DNA of 55,234 nucleotides, filler included, from Sphacelaria rigidula (taxonomy: Eukaryota): NCBI GenBank assembly GCA_964200075.2. It is 6 parts of 6 records of this genome, joined end to end, with 100 filler letters (N's around TTAATTAATTAA, not from the genome) between each part and the next. Parts side by side here need not be neighbours in the genome. Positions count along the whole stretch, not along the records: positions 46,114 to 55,234 come from CAXNAA020009250.1; 5 more parts are not named here. One strand, written 5' to 3'. The notes below the pieces were generated by a model that was not told where the DNA came from, did no database searches, and was given only the letters and a program-made list of their open reading frames with translations. Of this stretch, positions 48,681 to 55,234 are shown one piece after another; the stretch's first letter is position 1; the number at the start of each line of letters is the position of its first letter. The translations under genes and the position numbers were made by a program.

Positions 48681-50699
48681 AGTCTCTGTCGTGTTCGGGG
48701 AACGATCTTGTGTTTATTGGTAGGGATGCTGCTCGTTTCGCACACGCGCGTTTGCTCCACCCACTCGCGGGTTCACCGACTCTCTGTTGCGTGAAAAAAG
48801 GGAGAACAAAAAGATGAATCTGGTGTTATTCGCGCGAGTCACCCAATGCATTCACGAATGAGCCGTGCTGTCGTGTGACCCTCTTTGACTCGAAAGATTC
48901 AGGACCTTCACTATCGAAGCAATCGAACATGATGGTAAAATCTACAACAGCAACGATTCAATTGGCGTGCATGAAGTGGCTGAAAATGTCCACCTCGCAG
49001 TCAAAGGGTTGACCAGCAATATTTACGATGTGTGTAGGATTCCAATCGCAACAAACGCATCACAAAAGGTACAGAGAGGTGAATTTCTCGAAAAATACGC
49101 TAATGGCCGAAACCGCACGGTAGCGAACTCCTCTCTTCGTGCATCCTCAAGAAAAACTTCCTACGCAGGGATGTCCTCGTGCAGCACCTGTTTTGTTTGT
49201 CGTTTTTGCTCATTTTACCTCGTTTGTCCTATCGTTCTTTCCCCCTTTTTTCTCTATACTTTCTCCCTTTGTCGAGTTTCTCTTAGCTGCTATTTCCGCT
49301 CTGTTTTTATCTCGGGTACAGTTATCATGTAATCACAGCTGGACCCCTCGGAGATCGATTTAATGAACAACAATCAATCCACCAATGAACCAATCACTTG
49401 CGTCGTTCTACCCTAGCCCCTGTTCATGATACTGAGCGTCAGTGTAACCGGTAAGTGAGGACGGCAGGTATGACCCACCTTACACAGGACCGTGGGCGCA
49501 CAAGGGACCGCTTAGTCATCCTTCCGTCGACGCCAATATAGGCGGTGCTCGAGGACGGCGCGTCGCACTTACCTTACCCAGGAGTGGGTGCACAGGTAAC
49601 AGAATCTCACTCGGTAAGGTGATGTACGGAGCGTGAAGTATCCGACGTGGACTTAGACACGACAAGTCTTGCTGAAGAGCAGAGCTTGGGACTAGAGATG
49701 ATGTGACGAATAGAGGCGTGGCGTGGCCATGGTTAAGAGTGAAAAGTATAACCATATTCCGGACCGTAGATTGGAGGATAACCGTCCTACAGTTGACAGG
49801 CCTGACGTGGCTGTTCCAGGGTTGACAGGCGTGGGCCCGGGTCATAAGTAAGTGGGCTGGGTCAAATAGGGGTGGTGACCCGGGCTGCAAGCTTAGAGTA
49901 AGCCCCGGACGAGAGCTTTCATCCAGACCCGCCATGAGACGGCACCATTGAGTGACGTGATGCGGTTCGTATGGCGAAGGTGTCAGTATACAGTACAGCG
50001 GTTACGCGGCACCTTTGCGTTTCTTCACCGTGACCGTGAACTCTCGAACAGCCCAGAGCAGCATATATATTCGAGTGAACCAGATTAATGGTCGGGCTGC
50101 GGTGCTCTAGAAGTACAAATAACGTCGTTAGGTCGCAAAAACGTGAGTTTTGGTTTCCGCCAGGTGTGTGAATTTGGCCATTTTCTCACAGGTATTTGAG
50201 GTGTCAGATTTCCATCGCTGAAACCTGAGTACGGGAGTAGCGAGGAGAATATGTTTGACGGAGTTTGTCAGACGACAGTCGACGCGGTGCGTGAGTATTA
50301 GTCACGATCCAATCCGCGATAGTACCGAAATGTAAGGCATGTACCGGGAGAGAGATGGATAGACTCCTCGAGGCCGCGGACTCCTTCGGAGGAGGGGTGT
50401 ACACATGATCTTGCACGTCATAGCCATATGACCGTTGACCTCGCCGAGGAGGGGGGGAGGGGCTGAAGTGAGACGAGAAAAAATGCGCCCCGGCATTCGT
50501 TTCTTGCGCTGTTGCGACGTAAACCGAACACGACCCGACATTGCGGGACTGGGTCGGGTACAGAGCTGAGTATTTGAAGGACCCAAGCAGACGGAACCGC
50601 GCCTCGCCCGTGAGAAGTGTACAAGCCGACGGCGAAACTTTCATCTGTAGGATGGGTCATTGAATAAACACGACTTCGTAGACCGCCAGGAGTCCTGCG

Positions 50700-52110
50700 A
50701 CTCGGTCGACCGATAGCTTGCTTCTGTGGAAGGTGCTGGCTCGATATGATATTCTGGTTGAGATTGTCGCAGTTGTCCGCCAACTTCACGACGGTATGCA
50801 GGCCAACGTACGCATGGGCGATGGGGGGCTCTCGGAGTGGTTCGAGGTCCAGGTCAAACAGGGTCTGCAGCGAGGATGGGTGCTGTGTTCGCTGAGGTTC
50901 AACAATTTCTTCGCAGCGGCGCTCAAGCTCACCCTCGTGCAATTCAGGGAAGATGTCATCATTGTCAAAGACATGGTATTCCTCGAGGAGGAGAGGGGGA
51001 CGGGGGCGGGGACATCACCGGAAGGCGTGCGGGGAGCGGCGTGGAAAATGCTGTATGCCGACGACGCCGGCGTCGGTTGGAAATCGCCCGGCAGCCTAGC
51101 GAGGATGATGACCGTTGCAGTGGGTGTGTTTCGGGCCTTTGAACCGACGTTGGCGGAGAAGAAGACGGAGACTCTCTTGATGCGTGTACCGGAGAAAGCC
51201 CCGAAGAAGGGTGAACCTCCGTCGCCACAAACACCATCTCCCCCGTCACTGGCCATCGAAGCAGCAGGCCAGGAGTATGCACAGACCACGCAGTTCCGAT
51301 ACATGAGCTATCTCGTCAACTAAGATGGTGAGCTTACACAAAAGATCAACCACCGGAACAGAAAAGTGTGGGAGTGCATCAGGAAGTTCTACCGGGAGCT
51401 CTTTGACCGACCGAGAGCACCGTGGGGATTCAAAGTCTGACTGCTGAGAGCGGAGGCAATGGAGGCTTTACTGTACGGATACATGACATGGGCTCCGCGA
51501 GCGCTACAGGTTGCTGACAGGGACACATCACCGGCTCCTTATGTGAGTTATCGGGTAACACTGAGTGCGTGGCACCTGCCGACAGCTTTCGTACGCCGAG
51601 GCCCTCAAGGAGACTGGATGCCAAAGTGCTGATGATATCATCCGGCAACGGCGACTGCTGGATCGCAGGAGCATTGGCTAGACACTCGGACGGACGACTC
51701 CCGAAGCGGCTGGCATTTGGAACACTCGTGGGAGCGAGGGGGGGGATCAAGGAGAAGGGTGCCGAGAGCAGAACTGCCTGAACTGCCTGAGAGACGATCT
51801 CCAAGCGTCCGGAGCCACAGATGGCTCTACGGACGACAGTCGACGAGCGTTCGGAGATGACAGCGTCCTCTGGACTACAGCGGCGAAGAAGAAGCGAGGA
51901 TGTTCATGACCTCATGACACAAGGACGAAGAGGGGGCCAGGCGACTACGTGCGAGTAAACGGGACAATAAGGACTTCGGCATATCAGAGACGACGACTAA
52001 GCGGAGGGTGAGGGGAACGGGGAATAAGCAAAAACAGGTCCACACTGAGGATACCAATGCAGCCGAGGAGAGCAGGAGGGAGATGGCAGAACGTGTAGCC
52101 AGCTTTGTAC
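50700..52110 (+). mobile_element. Decayed 5'-truncated LINE (RTE-like) reverse transcriptase fragment
   Basis: LLWKVLARY...VRQLHDGMQANVR...SEWFEV..KQGLQRG..L...FN.FF, MLYADDAG, KKTETL, FRY. Downstream GRLPKRLAFG and EAMEALLYG lie in shifted frames. Confidence 0.9.
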
Positions 52111-52199
52111 CGGACTGAACATGGAGGTGACAGGAATACCCGCCATCGCCCCATGTCGTTCTTTCGCTTGCTAATTCCTTTCTTCCAATGCACCTTTCC

Positions 52200-53190
52200 A
52201 ACGATGTGGTATGTTGATGCGTGCTTCCCCCCGGTTTGTTGAGCATCTTCTTCGCGGCGAGGCTGCTGGCTGTGACGTTCGGTCGCGTCTCGAGCAGCAA
52301 AGCGGTTGCGAAGGACTTCACTCGCATCGCTGAAGGCGTCCGGAGGACAAGGGACGAGCTTACCAAAGTGCTTTGGACCATTTAGTGCGCCGATGGAGCT
52401 GGCATCGTCTCGCGCTCTCAACTGAACCTGGCTAAGATGATGGAGGCCATCGTCGAAGTCTGTGCGACATTTGGCCTTGTGGTGGAAAGGACGGTAACAA
52501 TGCACGTGCGCTCCACAAGCATGAAAGTAAGTGTGGTCGACGTGGCGGCGACAGACCAAAGGTATAATCACGTTGAGTTTTTCATCATTCTCGGCGGAAA
52601 AATCAGCAGCATCAGCGATGTCATTCCTGAGTCCACACCAGCTTTAGCCAAGCCTGGAGGTGCTTCTGTCAGTACAGCAGAGCGGTATACCACAAACCGT
52701 ACATCGCCCTGGTCGCCAAGGTTCGTCCCCTAAAGGCACAAGTGATCGACGTCATGCGATACGGCTGCGTGATCTGAACGATCGCGCCCATCAGGTTGGG
52801 CATGTTGCGGGCAGCCTACCACGGGTTCCTGCTGAGGTGCCTCAACAAGTAAACCTCAAGCCGCATTGTTCCCGACCACCACATGCTGCCATACCGCGAG
52901 GTCCTCGAAAGAACCGGCTGCGAGTGCATCGAGCCCACCGGGGTGAGACGAACCCTCCTACACGCTGGCCACGACGTGCACATGCACGAGGATCGCCTCC
53001 TCGACATCCTGATGCGTGCAGACGCCTACAACACAGTGTCACGAAATACTGCTCCAACTTCGGAATCAATGCAATATCATGGACGCAGCTTGCCCAAGAT
53101 GTTTCCGAATGGTACCGAACCGTAGAGGAAGAGGCTAAGATATGCACGACAACCTGGACCAAGGCGCACCACGCTACGGAAGTGTTTGGT
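52200..53190 (+). mobile_element. Second, more decayed LINE (RTE-like) RT fragment
   Basis: ADGAGIVSRS...LAKMMEAIVEVCATFGLVV...F..LGG.I, then LPYREVLERTGCECIE and ISWTQLAQD..EW in other frames. Confidence 0.75.
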
Positions 53191-53894
53191 GTGTTACTGC
53201 TAGAGTTCACTCTGTGCCTATCAAGGACCACCCAAACTCAACGGGTAGACTGCTGCGTAGTACACTCGCTAGTCCATCTCACGTCTTCCTAAACACTGCT
53301 TGAAAATGTTGGTGTTTTCCTATGAGGTACCTGGGGCTGCTGTTTAACTCTCGCGTGGTATCCACGTTAGTTTTGTCTTTCGTTCTTCTATTTTTTCCCT
53401 GTGTTTACTTTATTGGCAGGTTTCATGTTTGTTTGTTGTTAAGTCACACCCCGACCAATTCGGGGGAGGCTTCTTCTGGTCTGTTTTCTTGTCGCCTCTC
53501 CCTCATTGTTATATTATGTATCATTCTTATTTATTTTCGGAGTCTCAGAAGAAGCGACAAGCGCTCTATCTCATGTAAGGAATGGCAGTGACGGTCCTGG
53601 AAATGACAAACCCATGTTTGTGACCACGGGTTGAGGAGATTGGGCTAGCGCGCGGGAACGGTGATAAAAATAATTGACATGCCTACCATGCGACCACCGC
53701 TGGATCCCTGGGGAACCAGGTAAAGTACGGCAAATCATCGTCATCGTCAATCGTCATGTTTTGGTTGCGGGATTTCGTGACACTCCTTAACCCTCTGAGG
53801 CCGTGTCTTGGTAAATTAGTTTCGATCGAGCAGGTGCGGTGGAAAAAAAGGAAAATTCCGATCCCATAGACCTACCTCTCAGATCGGAATTTTT

Positions 53895-54433
53895 CGAGGT
53901 TGTGTTTTGGAGGGTACGGGTATGTTCTATAGGGTATGAGATTCCTTACAGAACTTACAGAAATATCGGGTACCGGTATGAAAGTCTCACAGGAAATACA
54001 AAACTGTCGGGTACCGGTTTGAAAGTCTCGCAGAAATCACAGAACTTGTCGGGTACGGTATGGGAGGCTTCCAGAAAAACCGTACCGACAATCGGGTATT
54101 TCTTCGAGAGCAAACCCGCGCTCCAGGTACGGGTAAACATTCTGTACAGAACTCACAGAAGTATCGGGTAAGAGTATGTGAAGCTCACAGAACTCACAGA
54201 AACTGTCGAGTGGGGTATGGAGGTTGCACAGAAAACCGTACCCGCAACCGGGTATCTCATCAAGAGCATACCCCGTGCCCTCCCGTAACGTTACAGAAGT
54301 CTTACAGAGTTTACAGAGGTATCGGGTAAGGGTATCAAAATCTTACAGAAGTAACAGAATTGTCGGGTACGGTAAATATCCGGCAAAATACCCCGGGTAT
54401 ACAAAAAACCGCTCCCTACAAAACACGACCTTG
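53895..54433. mobile_element. MITE with ~20-bp TIRs and internal ACAGAA/GGGTAC subrepeats
   Basis: CGAGGTTGTGTTTTGGAGGG ... CCCTACAAAACACGACCTTG with repeated CAGAACTTACAGAA...TCGGGTAC units. Homologous to 28556-28953. Confidence 0.8.
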
Positions 54434-54554
54434 GTATTATCATCGCATCCCTGTGGTTGGGCCTACGTCACTACAACAGTGGCGAAATGCATATGACAGT
54501 TCACGAAAACTCTGAACGGCTTCACGGGGTTGATAGAGAAAGACTACACGAACA

Positions 54555-54810
54555 ATCGCAGTAGTACATGTGCACGGGATCATCAAGATCTATCGGCTTC
54601 ACCTACACTCCCAGAGAGTACAAGAAGGAGCATTCTGCCCGCTCTCCGGAAGCCCTTCGGTACACGACAAAATCGCCGACGGCCTCGACGACTTTGGGTG
54701 GCAGCTCATACTCTGTGCCGTGCAAGTCGACAACGGCCTGGGGTTTGATGAACACGACACAACCATCATCAACGTTGATGACATGCGTCTTGCTACTTGA
54801 TCCCCTGGCG
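54555..54810 (-). pseudogene. Possible N-terminal zinc-finger region fragment of a decayed DNA transposase
   Basis: HVINVDDG...YELPPKVV...SFLYSLGV*VKPIDLDDPVHMYYC looks protein-like and resembles, from recollection only, sequence preceding BED-like fingers in brown-algal hAT-like ORFs. It has an in-frame stop. Confidence 0.3.
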
Positions 54811-55234
54811 GCGCAGATGAACCGCCCCCGCTCGAGCCACCAGTCGAGTCTGGAGGTGATCCATCCTGACGGTCTGCAGTGCTCCTCATGTTTCGTGTTT
54901 GCACTAAATGGTACCTCGTATCCCGTCAGATTCCAAACTTGAGAACTTTCCAACATTGAATTTTGGGCAATATACAGAAAAGGGTACACCCTGGTGCTTT
55001 TGGAAAAAAAATAAAGGTAAAGCTGTTTTCACTTTGGGGCGCGGCGCTGCACTCTGACTGAACACCTCGAGAACACGTTCCAGCATCTCAGCCCCATGCC
55101 CAAGGTATCTGAACAGCATACCCGTCCATTTCTTTTCATTTTTACAGGAGGTTTTACTGGGCTGAACTACGGCGCCGAAAATGAGAGCCTGTGAGAGCAA
55201 GTACCCTTTTTTGTAAGCAAACCAGGACGGTACA

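Noticed and set aside
53910..54400. Repeat-spacer array from recurring ACAGAA...GGGTAC motifs
   Set aside because: Units are degenerate, irregularly spaced, enclosed by TIRs and repeated at 28556-28953. They are MITE subrepeats.

Overview
This is eukaryotic, repeat-rich DNA, most likely from a brown alga (Ectocarpus-like). That assignment is inferred from the protein families, spliceosomal introns and TE types, not proven. The window is not one locus. It is six unrelated contigs (1-9123, 9224-18346, 18447-27569, 27670-36791, 36892-46013, 46114-55234; 9123 down to 9121 bp, i.e. sorted by length) joined by artificial 100-bp spacers (44N-TTAATTAATTAA-44N), so nothing can be inferred across the spacers. 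Host coding sequence: the last three exons of VPS26C/DSCR3, a complete two-exon gene for a 27-aa-period ankyrin-like repeat protein, one isolated protein-kinase-like exon and a probable decayed USP-type peptidase. Mobile DNA: a decayed tyrosine-recombinase (DIRS/Ngaro-type) retrotransposon with a nested 248-bp TG...CA insertion, a very long decayed gag-like ORF, two RTE-like LINE fragments, a CRE-like RLE retrotransposon fragment, tRNA-derived SINEs and several MITE/foldback families. There is no CRISPR array, operon or prokaryotic system. I found no well-supported novel multi-gene system; the best leads are the structural TE observations listed under findings. Many repeat boundaries are approximate (aligned by eye).
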